From the NCBI GenBank assembly GCA_002633005.1, contig NMRA01000083.1, forward strand, positions 7,537 through 71,536: a stretch of 64,000 nt of DNA, in the 5' to 3' direction. The position numbers and the translations under genes were made by a program. Shown in pieces: positions 51,101 through 64,000 of the stretch. The notes under the pieces are model-generated. The model searched no databases, had not been told where the DNA came from, and saw nothing but the letters and a program-made list of their open reading frames with translations. The stretch comes from Phoronis australis. Its lineage: Eukaryota; Animalia; Phoronida. Positions within the stretch are counted from its first letter, which is position 1; every line of letters starts with the position of its first letter.

Positions 51101-53482
51101 CTCACTCAGTGCTTTACTCTCTCTGATGAAATCATCTGTTTTCTTTTAAATGAAACTTAACTCCTGATATATATTATTAGTCCGAAGAAGGAGACCAAAT
51201 ACGGCGGTTTAGCTAGTTGTCCCTTCCTAGTTATCTCTTCCTGGTCATACATATAGTGTCTCAACTTCCCAAACAAATCGGCGTTTAATTCATGTTCAAG
51301 AAATGTGAATCAGCAAATATTGGTTGCGCCTTTTCGGAGTGCATTTTTCTACTGTCGATGACTTTTGTTTACGATGATGTCCTGTATTCACACAGTATGA
51401 AGAACACACCGCTTAAATCAGCCAGATGTGTTTGTTGCACATGTACGTGCTTCAAGCACGCGGCTATTAAGCATTACTACAGAAACGAAATAGTTGCTGT
51501 TACGCCACTTGCACGACAAAGCTAAAAAAACCGTTTATAGTCCGCATTTTTCTTTCTTTGTTGCAACTCTCTAACCAATAGCTGCTGAAGTTACATCAAC
51601 CAGTTATAAAACGCGCGCTACTGAATGATACTTGCGTATTCTCTACACGCAGGGAACCAGCGAGGAAAGAAAACTATCCGGTTTTAAGTAAATAGTCGAA
51701 TTGCCTAATTTTTCAAAACTATTTTAAAACGTTTAGAAATATATACACAAAACGTACCGAGAGTGACGTACATGAGATAATATGCCACGAGACATTATTC
51801 CGCGTATCGACGGAGAACAAAGGTCACTCTCGGTACGTTTTGTATTTATCCCACACGCATCGTGAGTTTCTTTTGTTTTCTTTCGGCATTTTATAAATAT
51901 TTCACCCAGACTGTTTACGTGGCGAATCACAACCTGTTGTGTATGTACGTGCACGTTATGTTGCTGACGAATGTTTACGCATGGGCGGCGCACCATAGGG
52001 GCTGCGGGGGCTATGGCCTCCCACTTTTTTCAGTGCTACGCCGCACATGGTCTATTGGCGGTGTGCCACAGGGTGGCTGGGTGTACTTTAGNAGTGTAAT
52101 CACAGGGACGGCCCTATCGCCATGAATAGCAAGTATATGGTACTAACTCTATGTTTTTAAATCTACTAGTTATGTATGTTTCGACCGTACAGTTAATAGC
52201 GGAAAGCGATCGAGAAATAATCCTAATAAACTTCAACACGTGCATTATACTCAAGTAAATTACCCCGGCATAAATGCTGAAGGTTACTGGAGCGATAGGC
52301 CTACACTGACTTATTCAGTTCCGACAGTGGCGTTATTTTGAACTCGGGAGACGATTTGTGTGCGTTAAAATATTGTCCTTCGTTATCCGTAGGATTCACA
52401 AAGGATTGTAGGTGATACTCAAACATAAAACTAAGGCCGTAAGTTATTTGTAGAAATGCCATTGCTTCAGAGAACGCTTGTTAGCTGTCCCGCCGGTTTT
52501 CGGGTGTAGTAGCTTAGAAAAGTTACTCTAAAAAAGTAACTCAGCTACTTTGAAATTTGAGCACACATCTTAGCCGAGTACAGAGATTTTATCGCATACT
52601 TCTCTCTGAGCCAGTTCTAAATGTCGTCTTGTCTTTTACGCTGACATTTTCCTCCGCGATATTTCTACGTTTCAAATACTCGCTGACTCGCCTTGCTATG
52701 CGAGGCTACCTAATCTATAGACTCAATTCACGCGGCGGACATTAAAATCCAAAGCGAGGCTCACTGCGATAAACAAAGCGGAAATTTACAATGCGTGAGT
52801 TAAATGGCCGGTCTTTGGAGTCCAACTTGAAAATTAAATCTTAAAAATGTGTCAATAATTAACCACAGAGACGTAGAAAAATACAGTTAAAGAACAAGTC
52901 AATGCACTAAAGAGTTGTCTGACGAAAGGATACAAGATTTTTCCGGAAAACTAGGTTCGAAACATGAAAAGCAAACATGACCAAATTGCGGCGGTCGTAG
53001 TGTTACGGATTAGGTATCATGCTGAATGCAGGGTTACGTTTCTTCTAATAAATTCTTGATAAAAATGCTTTCTACACGAACCAGGTCACTGGTCGTATTA
53101 TTGACGAGTGAAGATATATTCGACAGTGGTGGCTCATAGCATTTGTTGATTCAGAGTAGGCCTATTAGCTTAAGCATAGCCTAGGTCCTGGAGAGGTAGG
53201 CACTACCGGGACTAACAGTTGATTTGTCATTGATCTGAAATAATACTTGATGTTATCAAATATATATTTTGATTCGATTAAAAACAGTCTCGCACTTGAA
53301 AATAAAAATTACTGTATGACCATCAATTTTGCTTTCTTGATTTTATAATTACGTCTATTTCATGTGTATATTTTTCAAATATCAATCTCGACCAAGTTGA
53401 ATTTTAAAATTCAAACACCTAATTCTTTCGTCCAAAGCATAACCTCGTTTTAGAGCTCAATTTCAGTTAACTGGACAGAATA

Positions 53483-53642
53483 CAGTGGCGGATTTAGAGG
53501 GGAGCCAAGGGGGCAATGCCCGGCCCCCTAAAATTCTCCCAGATTTCATTTGGCAGCTCAGGAGCGCGAATGTCTGACGGGGAAATACTGGCTAATACTC
53601 TGCCTTGCCCCCCCCCCTAATTCAAAGTCCTGGATCCCCCTG
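53483..53642. mobile_element. hAT-like MITE
   Basis: CAGTGGCGGATTTAGAGGGG...CCCCCCTAA...GGATCCCCCTG. Confidence 0.55.
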
Positions 53643-53849
53643 GAACAAGCATAGTTATCATGTTCCTTCAGAGGCCTCGTTCATATCCGAAGGGAAAGGT
53701 GCCTCATGTGTGTGCGGCCTTCTGAGAGGGGAACGTTTCGCCGAGTGACGGGTCAGTGAAAACTCTACTGACCTCCCGATCACCATCAATATCACCCCGC
53801 CCTGTTGCAAGCTCTCATAGCTCTGTCTCAAGTAGCATTTTCAGTGGCT

Positions 53850-54018
53850 NNNNNNNNNNNNNNNNNNNNNNNNNNNNNNNNNNNNNNNNNNNNNNNNNNN
53901 NNNNNNNNNNNNNNNNNNNNNNNNNNNNNNNNNNNNNNNNNNNNNNNNNNNNNNNNNNNNNNNNNNNNNNNNNNNNNNNNNNNNNNNNNNNNNNNNNNNN
54001 NNNNNNNNNNNNNNNNNN
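53850..54018. other. Assembly gap
   Basis: Run of N. Confidence 1.
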
Positions 54019-54289
54019 AGTCACAGGTGATTTGAACCGTTGGAGAGAAATTTTGTATCACTAAGGGAATTTTTAAGCCTAGTTGTGGCTGGGAATTTCG
54101 CGTGATTTTTCAATATTTTTGAGAGGGGAATAGGGACAATATTTGACCCCAAAATTGAGGGATTGAGGGCCCTGTCCTTTTTGTAAAGAAAACTGCATCG
54201 CGCTTCAACCCATAGTCATTAAAACACACCCTGGCTGCCCCGATGATTCTCCGGTCCTCGTTGTTACATGGCGGCATATCCGAGATGCG

Positions 54290-54460
54290 ACAAATTATGA
54301 TTCGACAAAAGTTACAAATTTTACACGGACATACATGTATTTTCCTTCGTCGCGGCGTATGGCAAGGACCCAACGCTTCCGAATCCCAACGTCCTTAGGG
54401 ATGGTAAACAGACAGTTGAGTGTCCGTATTTTTTCTAGCAGTTCGAGCAACGCGGAGTAT
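54290..54460 (-). pseudogene. THAP-domain remnant
   Basis: Minus strand reads LFTIPKDVGIRKRWVLAIRRDEGKY...KICN, the FPxD..R..W..AIRRD pattern of THAP domains. Confidence 0.65.
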
Positions 54461-54535
54461 AATTACGCGGATAAGCCACCAGAGCTATCGCGCCTCCTGT
54501 CGGCGTGAATAAGACAGAGATCGTGTAACTTCGTA

Positions 54536-55120
54536 CCGGGGTTTTCCGTAGATAAGCCCACCCGATGAAACGCCCATGTGCGTTTATTCGGAAAATTATG
54601 CCGGTGTTGGAAATTCTCGTTTCAAGTGTCTAGATAGTGGTGCTTTAATTCGGAAAATTTCCTTTTAAACGCCCACTTAGAGTCAACAAATTCAGTTTTG
54701 TAGAGGATTTATTTATAAAAACGAGAAAAGTGTTGCTGAACTATACTAACAGAACTGGCTCGAATTTATTTTTTTTCACAATACGATGTAGCCGCGTTTT
54801 CGAGCAGGCCGAAGTTCACAGATTTTCTGCTGAATGACTTTGGGTACTATCATCTTTGTAACAAGGAGATCTACGAGTGATGCACACATATTTTCTTGTC
54901 CCGCTGAGCAGATATTGCGATTGATAAGCTGCTATAGAAGTTTCCCTTACAAAAATACATATAGCGTTTCATGCTGGCATTTACGTCGCGAAAATTATGA
55001 CATTCCGTTTACACGCCCCCTTTTCCAAATCAACGCCCGGGCGTTTATTGATGTTCATAGTGTCTTGAAATTTTCATTTTCCGTATACACGCCCAGGGGC
55101 TTATCTACGGAAAACCCCGG
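54536..55120. mobile_element. TA-flanked MITE (Tc1/mariner-pogo type, 585 bp)
   Basis: Perfect 24-bp TIRs ccggggttttccgtagataagccc / gggcttatctacggaaaaccccgg, with TA at 54534-35 and 55121-22. Confidence 0.9.
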
Positions 55121-55221
55121 TACTATAGTTTACATAACAACCACAGGCTTCGCATACCAAAGTCAGCCATTACACGAATGCTCAAAACAAAAACAGCACA
55201 GCAGTTCAGCATAGTAGTTAA

Positions 55222-55299
55222 AAAAGTGAAAAATATGTCTGGATAATCAACGAACCTTATTTTTGCTAAAAATGACATGAAAAAAGGTTGTCTTCGCCT
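55222..55299. mobile_element. Isolated terminal fragment of Kolobok family A
   Basis: aagtgaaaaatatgtctgg..aatcaacgaaccttatttttgctaaaaatgacatgaaaaaaggttgtcttcgcct followed by TTAA (55300-55303). Confidence 0.85.
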
Positions 55300-55315
55300 T
55301 TAAAGGTCTAGAGCA

Positions 55316-55566
55316 GACAACTGTTTTGTAACCTGGCTTAGTTAGTAACCGTTCGTTGTGTTTTAGGCCTAATTTTCATATTATTTAAGTGTTCCAGTAA
55401 CTCATAAATTTGGTTGTAGACTTTCAGACGCTTGACAATTGTTTTGCAACCTGGCTTAGACTTAGTAACCGTTTGTTAGGTATTAATTTGGGCCGAATTT
55501 TCATAATTATTTAAAGTGTTCGGACAGCAACTCATAAATTTGGTTGTAGACTTCCAGACGCTTGAC
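55316..55566. repeat. Tandem duplication (~120-130 bp x2)
   Basis: gacaa.tgttttg.aacctggcttag...aactcataaatttggttgtagact..cagacgcttgac occurs twice. Confidence 0.9.
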
Positions 55567-57255
55567 CGGCAATAAATTATCAAATGAGAATGAGGACAAG
55601 TCCATAAAATTATTACATTTCAGTTGAAGTGTTTCTCTGGAACATATTTTTGCCTGCATCACTGATGTTACAATGTACCAGAACCGTTTCAGTGTTGTGT
55701 CATTGTTTATGCATCATGTTGGCAATTGTAGTTATAGCCGAGTTTGCCCAACCTCAGGATATCGAACCGCCCTCTTGGAAAGCAGTGCTATCACTGAAGA
55801 GGCCACCCTCATTTTAAATATCACAATAATAAATAAATAAATAAATAAACCCTGATAAAACTGGTGCTAAACATTCAGCCAATGGGCAATTTCCCATCAG
55901 CGAGTGGCTAACAGAGACTCGTAAAATTCACTGGAAGCACGTTTACAACTCAACCATTAGGTTTTTGTCTATGGCTTATATGCATAGTAATGTATGTTTT
56001 GTGCATGTATGTCTTCCTCCGTATGTACCTCTCTGTAAATAATTTCTAAACATGTATTTTCTATTTGTAAGTAGCACTTGTGCTAATGTCTCTTTTGTTG
56101 TATCTATCCACACCCTGATTTATAATATACGCTTTACCTATACCTAAACTTACCAATTCTGGGGTTTGTTGAAAAAACTAAATTGTGATTTAAGCCACTT
56201 ATTGCCTGCCCTTTGATCTTGCAAGGAACTGGCAGTCTCTCAGTGGTAACTGTACATGACTAAGTGGCCACAGTATTTTACAGTCCACCCACAGGTTGTA
56301 TTGGAATTTAAATAACAGTGGACTGTCATTTGTAAAATTTATTTAAGTTTAGCACAAGTGATTGTTTTCGACAATGGGACTATATACAAATATTTACACG
56401 TATACGATATAGTACAGAGCCAGGATGAGGTGGCTTATCTACCAACAGAGAGAGTACACATATGAGCTTGGGTTTTAAGGCAATATCTGAGAGTTGTCGA
56501 AACTGTTACATTGACAGAGTTGTGAAGAATTCATGAGCAGCTCATTGAAAAACATTTGGTGTACTCATGCTTCTAGTATTATTTGGGAGATTTCTATGTC
56601 TTATGTTTTGATAACAAAGAGAAAAATAATCATTAGCTTTTTAATATAGCTTGGAATACTTAATGGTTTTCACAGTTAAACTGTTGCGAATTTTGTTGAA
56701 TGCTGTTAGTTTGTCATAGAAACAATTGATTCTATTACAAACACTTAACTTATTTATTCCAGGTAAAGGTGATCACAGTATTTTTAAGTACATCAAGAGC
56801 AACAAAATCATTAGCATTGACTTGAAAGTATATAGTGGACAATTTGTAAGTTTTTGCTTGGATGGTAAGTTTAACACTACAGCAGTATTAAAGATACATT
56901 TCATCCTGTATAAGTGGCTTAAAACCGGAAATTAAATATTGCCTTTTATTTCAGTCTTTAAAACTTTTTCTTGCTAATATGGAACACTCTTTCCATTACA
57001 AGCAAATAACAAAAGAAAATTACCAGTAACTCGAAGAATGATTCTTTATTAAAAGTATAAACTCACTGATCAATCAAATTCTTGGGTTTTGATTTTTTTG
57101 ATGTTCCTAGTTATGTTCTGTTACTAGCATAAAGCAGAACAAGTTCAAAGTTGAAGTCATTAATGAGAGGTAAATGCTTGATTTCTTTGTAGCACGCTTT
57201 TCAAAAGTTGACTGAAGTTTGTTAACACAGCGATTTCTCTTTTTTTCGTTGCTAG

Positions 57256-57406
57256 AGACTGACATCTCAGGAAAGTACGATGCGGTACTTCTTCATGCGG
57301 GGACGAATGACATAGCAAAGAAACACCGCCTGATGACGACTGCACACGACCATCAAGCATCAAGCATGGATCTACATTTGTATCGTCCCTTCTGCCCGCT
57401 TGGATG
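57256..57406 (+). pseudogene. Exon-like SGNH/GDSL hydrolase fragment
   Basis: YDAVLLHAGTNDIA (block III GxND) and, after a frameshift, FVSSLLP. Flanked by a pyrimidine-rich ..ctag| acceptor and a |gtaagt donor. Confidence 0.5.
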
Positions 57407-57590
57407 AGTAAGTAGTTGAATTTAGTAAGTGGTGCTCTGGGAAATACATTTATTTTGTCATCTCTATTACCATGTTGTCTTTGATGAAATATCCCAATAA
57501 CACAATGATATTTCTGTCTATGAGATTGAACATTTTAGTACCGTCCACACAACAGCTAGTGCAACTTACCCCAGTTTTAAGTGGAATGTC

Positions 57591-57628
57591 CACACACACA
57601 CACAAACACACACACACACACACACACG
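57591..57628. repeat. (CA)n microsatellite
   Basis: Directly visible. Confidence 0.9.
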
Positions 57629-60600
57629 CATCCAATAAATAGGGTAAGACGTAAGTTGTCGCTCTGTGCATGACAATGAGCTGCTGATACGAATATGGGA
57701 CACAAAAGGAAACTCTTCTGTACGTAATTGCACATGATAGTGCTTCCCCTTTGCCCCAGATTTGCTATCACTCAAGAATTTGGAAGTGGCACTAGGTACC
57801 CAAGAGCAAGTTACCCTAACTTGAAGAGTAAATTGTCAGTAATTGGGTAAGCTGCACTAGTTTAAATAGCATCCACGCAACCGTAAAACATAGCTTCAAC
57901 GCATTCCAGTAGTTACTTGTTCTAGAGTAAGGTTGTGTGTGGATGGCATTTATGATTTAATTTAGTTACATTTATAATTTAGTATCATACAAGAAATGAA
58001 CTTAGAGGAAACCAGTTGTATAATGAAATTAAACTTTCACCTACACATTTTTTGTCATTAAATCGATCAGGTACACTGTATTTGTTAGTACGCGTCATGT
58101 AGAGGTACGGCGTTTTGGTTATTGTTCTGCAATGAGGAAATGCTGACTAATAACATACAAGTGTTCATTCATTTTACAGCTGACAGTCAGGTAAATTTGT
58201 GTGTGACCCAATGAATACCTGCTAGTTCTTTAATATACCACACTGCATATTGTGCCTAACCTTAAACTTCATGCTTTCCATTAACTCCTTCATCTGGTGT
58301 GTTTTTGCTAATAACCTGCATTTTCCCATATACATATGTAAATGTGAGTGCGACCATGAGACACAAAATCAAATTATATTCAAGTTCTGCAAAGTATGTA
58401 TTTCACTATAGATCCACATTCTTCTTTATGTGCACAGTCTCTATTGGAATAAAATCGCTACCAAGACATTTCTTGAAGACTTTGAAAACAATGGCAACTA
58501 CAACTCAGTGTACACTATGACTTTCCTGTACGAAATCCTGTAACTTGACTGCTCTGGGTCTGCTTGCACAAATGCCTTATCCTTATCCTAATCCTCATTT
58601 GATCTGAAATGTCCTTCTTCAAAGTGAATTCAATATAGGATATAGTTATTTTGTATTCATAAGTATGTACGATAACATATGATGTACTAGTGGCTCGCTG
58701 CCACATGCATATGATCAATTCCTTGCTTAACTAGCTTCAATGACTTGCACAATCTCCATTGTAGTACACCACATTCTTGATAGGCAATTTTTCTTTTTGC
58801 TAGTGTTTCCTGAGGTATTCCCACTCACACTTTGTGTTTGTTTTGAATTGATAGTGTCATTTTGCTTAGATTGTGTGTCCTAGTTTGTATAGTCTTTTTT
58901 TTCACCTACGTTTTAAAAGGCATGCAGCTGCATCATATACATGTACGTACAACACAGACCATGTGGAGCCACTGGTTGTGATGGTGACATTGACGGACGG
59001 CAACCTACACTACGTGGATTACACACCATGCTTCAATAGATGGTCCTTCGTCAACTTTTGTCTAGGTATTTCTTCATATAATTTGAATTATATCTGCGTG
59101 ACTGCATAATATGTATTTCAAATGGTTTCGATGGGGACAGCACTGGAAGTTTTTGCCTGTGTTAAGTTGTGGGTTGCAATCCACAATTCATCATATTTTC
59201 CTTGGTGTTTACGTTGTGAGTACTATGTATTTTTTCATCGAGTTGCTGTTCTAATGATTTGGAATAGTCTTTTTGTTTGCAGCTTCTCTTTGATGTTGAC
59301 TGTATTTTACAATTGGCCTGCTTGGTACTAACACGTGAAAATGATCTACTCCCGATTCAAATGACTCAAGAACTATATAATGAACATGGTGATGTTTTAA
59401 ACTCCTAAGGTCTTTTGTTAGGAATTCAGGGTTTACTACTTAACATTGACAAAATGTTGTTTAATAATTACTGTTTATCTAATAGGTATTTCACCAATCA
59501 TTTTAAATCTTGATTACAGTACTTATTTTAAGATGGATAAGTTGTATTCTGTGTCACCTTCTGGTCTTATTTATTATTTTCGCATCAGTTTAGATGCCAG
59601 TTTATTTCCAAAGTGCTCAAATGTTGGAAAGTGTTGACAACAACACAACTGATGTTGTTTTTTAACATATTCTGCATCAAGTAGTAGTCAATATTTGATA
59701 ACAATCAACATCCATTCTCAGTACTCAGTGTTTCTGTTGTTTTGGTGTAAATTATTTGTAATTATATTTTAGGATAAAAATACATCTGTTTTGAGGGGAT
59801 GGGTTGTTCATTTGGAAGGTGGTTGGTTGTTTTGAGCAATCACTGCTGAATGCATAACTTGAAGCCCTCTTTAGCAACATCCACAGAACAAGGAAAAGTA
59901 TGTTGTTCAATAAAAAAGTTTAACTTTATTTGAGTTGTCGGTCAGAGGGACATTCATTTATAAGCTGCACCTATTTAATAACAAGTTACCATATGATTTG
60001 CCATTATCTTAGTTGTGTGCACGTAATTATTTGTATTGCAAAACTATTTTTTCTGAAAATGTACACTATAGTGGGCATCATTGTCTTTCTAAATAATAAA
60101 GTCTAATATTTGTAAAATATGTATTTCGAAATTTGTATTTGTACGCAAAATCTTGCAACAGGTTGAAAATTGTGAGTTTCACGTGGATAAGACACAGGGT
60201 TAAATCAGATATGACACATTTTCTGAACTAGTTTTTCCACTGAATAATAGGCATCAAACTGGTTCTCAAAAGTTAGGTTATGCCACATCCGACTATAGTC
60301 CACTAGTCAGTGGGTATGAGATTTTTATTTCAAATTATTCAATTATTATTTTTATTCTTCCTCAGTTGTTTGAGACTTCGTTTGTTCTGCAGGTGCCTGC
60401 TTTGAATAAGTCTCACCAATGCTAACTAATATTGTATATCTAGAAATACAGATCCTTAAAGATGGTTCTTATGTATCATGAAACAATGTAAAATATAATG
60501 AATCACCTGCAAACTACAAATTCTATGTTGTTTTCTCTGATGGTAAATACAATATTTCTTCTTACACTAAGTTTTATGGTGTTCAGAATGTTGAAATTAG

Positions 60601-60791
60601 CGTACATGTACATTCTATTTTTTACTTTAGGCTTCATTGCACACCATTTAGCTGTAAGAAATGAAATGCAACCTCGCTTTATGCTTACAAAACGTTCTTA
60701 CAGTTTTTACCTTGATAGGATTACATTTCCATTTACCAAGAAGAACTACCTCATGATTAAAGAAAAACCTTGAGAATTCACTTGAATTAGG

Positions 60792-61074
60792 ATAGGCGGA
60801 TTTAGGGGGCCCAGGGGGCCCGCCCCGCTCCCCCGTTAGCTGCCGCAGTGTGGAGCGTGAGGAACTATTGAGTCTAAAAAGTCCAGGTTGCCGAAGAGTA
60901 GCTGCTCATTTTTTTTAGTCGAATGGTAGATTTTCGTGAACGGAAGGTGCACCTCCACGGGCTGGCACCCTCACCTTTTGGGCTGCCTACGCACGTGCAA
61001 TTGCTAATCACACCTTGCACAATTTCCCGAGGCAACATGTTGCCCCCCCTTATGGTATCCGAGATCCGCCACTG
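60792..61074. mobile_element. hAT-like MITE
   Basis: ATAGGCGGATTTAGGGGG...CCCCCCC...GATCCGCCACTG. Confidence 0.55.
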
Positions 61075-61715
61075 ATTACTGCGGCCAGTTCATCACATTT
61101 GCAAATTGGTTTGTGTTCGCAGCACTGCATGTTACTGGGGCATTGACAAATTCAAAATCTGATTAATCTGATTAGATGAACATGTTGTCTTCAAATGCAA
61201 GTATTGACAACCATGCAGCGTCAAATAAACAAAACATCGGCTTTGTGACCTACTGTGTAAGACTGATATAGATAAAGTGTGCATTTTACAAGCCAATTAC
61301 TTAATGTCGCAAGTATTATTAGGCAAAATGCGAGATATATCATAAGCACAAAGGGTAATTGTTCACAATATGACGTCATTGACTTACAAATATGATTTTG
61401 GTATCGTTTGATTCCTTGCAAAGTTATCTTTCCAAAAATATACAGAAATTCTTCCTACCCCGTCTTATTAGTTCTAGTTACCTTTACTTCCAGTTCGTTC
61501 TGTTCTTGTTTTTTTATATTCTAGACTTTTGTATTCTAGTTTTCTGTTATACCGTTATTAGTACCTATATTTTATCATAGTCTAACCTTGTTATTGCCCG
61601 GGTTCCGCTTGCTCGGATGGGCGATGTCAGCATTCCCGTGCTGCCATTATGGCGTTTTGTCCATGCCCATCTTGCAGAGTCTTAGTTAGTTTTGTCTATT
61701 TACGTCATAATAAAT

Positions 61716-61876
61716 ATAGATTATTACATGGCGAAGTCGTTATCCCCCGATATCTAGAGCCCTCGTGGATTTTGGAGATTTGGGATTTTGGCTAACGCCA
61801 CTTGGGCGATAATTCTCCAAAATCCACGAGGGCTCTAAATAAGGGGGATAACGGCTGAGAACATGTAATAATCTAT
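61716..61876. repeat. Long imperfect hairpin (three nested stems)
   Basis: Stems atagattattacatg/catgtaataatctat and cgttatccccc/gggggataacg, plus a perfect 24-bp inner stem (61755-61778 / 61814-61837). Confidence 0.9.
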
Positions 61877-62054
61877 TTATACCACATACTAAACGAGAAA
61901 CATTGCAATCATAGACTACATGGACCGCCAACTCCGTATACTTTCAATGGACGAAATCTGTGACCTTACGCACAAGCCCTTACGTCATTCTTCACTGGCG
62001 ACACCTGGCTAAATTATCTGGTGCAATTTCCGGCAAGTACGTCGTCTGCTAATT

Positions 62055-62858
62055 ATGGTCGGCTACTATGGCAGAATGGTGAATGTTGGCCAATTCCCCT
62101 TTTGTCCACTGACGTCACAAGCATACTGGCGCCCCCAGTGGAGGCCCTGAAAACTCGTAAATAAACCGAGTTCATGAACCCGGTAGTATCCAGCCAAGCA
62201 ACGGCCGAGCCAAGCTGGCGAACGGACTTGTATTTATTACGTTGAGTATCGTTTTTTTTTCTAAAAACATAATGCATGGTATATAATAATGAATGGTATA
62301 TAGTATCAATTAATTATGATTGAAAGATGCCTTTTTAGTCGAGCGTAAACGAGGCTATTTCGCGTGGGGATAAAACTTTGGCTTTGCCGTGTGTAACACA
62401 GAAGAACATTTGGATGGTGTTGCAGGATCGCGAGAATGAATATTCCAATTTTCTTAATTTATTGGAACAATATTAATTTTCTGAGAGGTATGACATGCAA
62501 CATTATTTAAAAAACACACTAAAACATAGCGACTCTGGAAAAATCATAAAAAATACTTTAACCACAGTCGCCAGCATGCTTGTTTACGAGTTCTCAGGGC
62601 CTCCACTGGGGGCGCCAGTATGCTTGTGACGTCAGTGGACAAAAGGGGAATTGGCCAACATTCACCATTCTGCGCTACTATGTGGCCGGTTGTTCGGCTA
62701 CACAAGCGAAATGCAAAGGAATTAGCTTCCATACCATCCGAAGACCCCATAATCGGCAGTGGGAAGAAAACCTTACTTCATGAGTCAACGTGAATGGCAG
62801 TTGTTTCAGCAATAAGACTTCATACATTTGTTCAAGGCACTTCGAAGATGAATGTTTT
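62055..62858 (+). pseudogene. THAP-domain remnant interrupted by the MULE-like MITE
   Basis: Removing the MITE and one TSD copy restores MVGYYVAGCSATQAKCKGISFHTIRRPHNRQWEENLTS*...SYICSRHFEDECF. Confidence 0.8.
62071..62673. mobile_element. Mutator (MULE)-like MITE, 603 bp, young
   Basis: Near-identical ~94-bp TIRs starting GCAGAATGGTGAATG. Perfect 9-bp TSD GCTACTATG (62062-62070 and 62674-62682). Confidence 0.92.
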
Positions 62859-63596
62859 TAAGAGACTACTACTTAATCCTGTCTTCACAAATCCATTTTT
62901 GTTTTCTCCGTTTTGATGAAAACTATCTGGTAAACTTTTTGACGAAAATTATCCGCTAAATTTCTTCGTAATCTCTTGTCCTTACGAGGAAGTTCAGCCA
63001 TAGCCTAGTGAGCGAATTAACCAAATTACTCTTCGCTGGCCCTGATCAGACGGTTGGTCTCAGCAGAATGCGCACGTTTGGCCAGGATTTGGATCAGCGA
63101 TTTCAACAAATTCACATTCGTGTACAAATAAATAGCACGCTGGTAAAACCTTTAACATAAATAAAGATTACAGTAATACTTCATGAATAACCACCCGGAC
63201 CAGTCAAAATCTATCTCGCAATTCATCAGCAGGTTACACACTCATTTCATGTCGAATATATGCCGCACAAAATCTCTCGACTGCAGTCTATGAATATGCA
63301 ACCAACTTCTTTGAAAACATGGAACAGGAACACCAGAGGGCTGTAAAGGTTGTTTTTATTCTTCAATGTTAAATTTTTTGTAAGCAGACATATGTTTTTT
63401 TAAATTTCCGCCTTAAGTCCTAACATTTCTAAACTTAAGCCTTTCAAACGAACGTTAATGACGAAAACAAAATTCTTCAACCAGTTTTGTAAAGTCCTAT
63501 TGCCACCTGTAGGGTACATAATGAGCCAATCCCACTCCTATTGTAACATAAGTGTCCCGTGCATAAAGGATACTAAGTATTGCCCTTTTGAAATAT

Positions 63597-63680
63597 TACC
63601 GTATGCGCCCTAATAAGCGGCCAGGGTGCTTAGAAAAATTCGCTTCACGAAGGGGGCGCTTATTATAGCCCAAAAGTGGT
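63597..63680 (+). mobile_element. Probable left end of a TA-flanked (pogo/Tigger-like) MITE
   Basis: TACCGTATGCGCCCTAATAAGCG...GGGGGCGCTTATT. The right end is not seen in the window. Confidence 0.4.
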
Positions 63681-64000
63681 TGAAACCCGGTCTCCGAAAC
63701 AGGTGAAATCGTAAGCTAGAATTCATCAAAGTTACTCTCTGTGACGCATCTGCAACCTATGAACAGAGTTTCTACAAAACTGCAGTGCATTGCTATCAAA
63801 CATTGTTGTCAACTTACGAGCATTTTTCAGAAAATACGACTGCCAAAAATTGCCGTAAATCAGGTTTCAAGCTCCTCAGCTTGGTTTAACTATATATTAA
63901 TAAACCATAAAAATGGTTCCAAGTGATCAGTGCAATGCCTGCGCACGTCTAATAAATGTGTATCATGCAGCTCCTGATTTAAACAAAGGTCTGTTTTTTT

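Noticed and set aside
53756-54064. ORFs spanning poly-X
   Set aside because: Artefacts of the N gap.
62127-62142. CTCF-like GGCGCCCCCAGTGG in the MULE TIRs
   Set aside because: One base short of, or several mismatches from, the consensus; not counted.

Overview
AT-rich eukaryotic (probably invertebrate animal) genomic DNA, dominated by nested and decayed transposable elements, with one assembly gap (53850-54018). Only one convincing host gene is present: a minus-strand GT10 alpha-1,3/4-fucosyltransferase. It can be rebuilt from a signal-anchor exon (35320-35212, not in the ORF track) and a catalytic exon (24502-23481), giving about 376 aa across a ~10.7 kb TE-packed intron. DNA transposon content: Kolobok-type THAP elements with TTAA target duplications (two inserted inside LINE reverse transcriptases), a full-length dead Tc1/mariner, a CACTA/EnSpm-like element carrying C2H2 zinc-finger remnants, MITEs and hairpin elements. 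Retroelement fragments: an RNase H LINE, L1/Tx1, CR1, RTEX-like, Penelope, Gypsy and DIRS/Ngaro. The most unusual signal is a cluster of five co-oriented DINE-1/HINE-like (Helentron-derived) repeats around the fucosyltransferase. Their ~145-160 bp internal units each carry a CTCF-consensus-like motif (6 exact and 8 one-mismatch hits to CCASYAGRKGGCRC, all on the + strand). All family assignments come from reading motifs by eye; no database searches were run.
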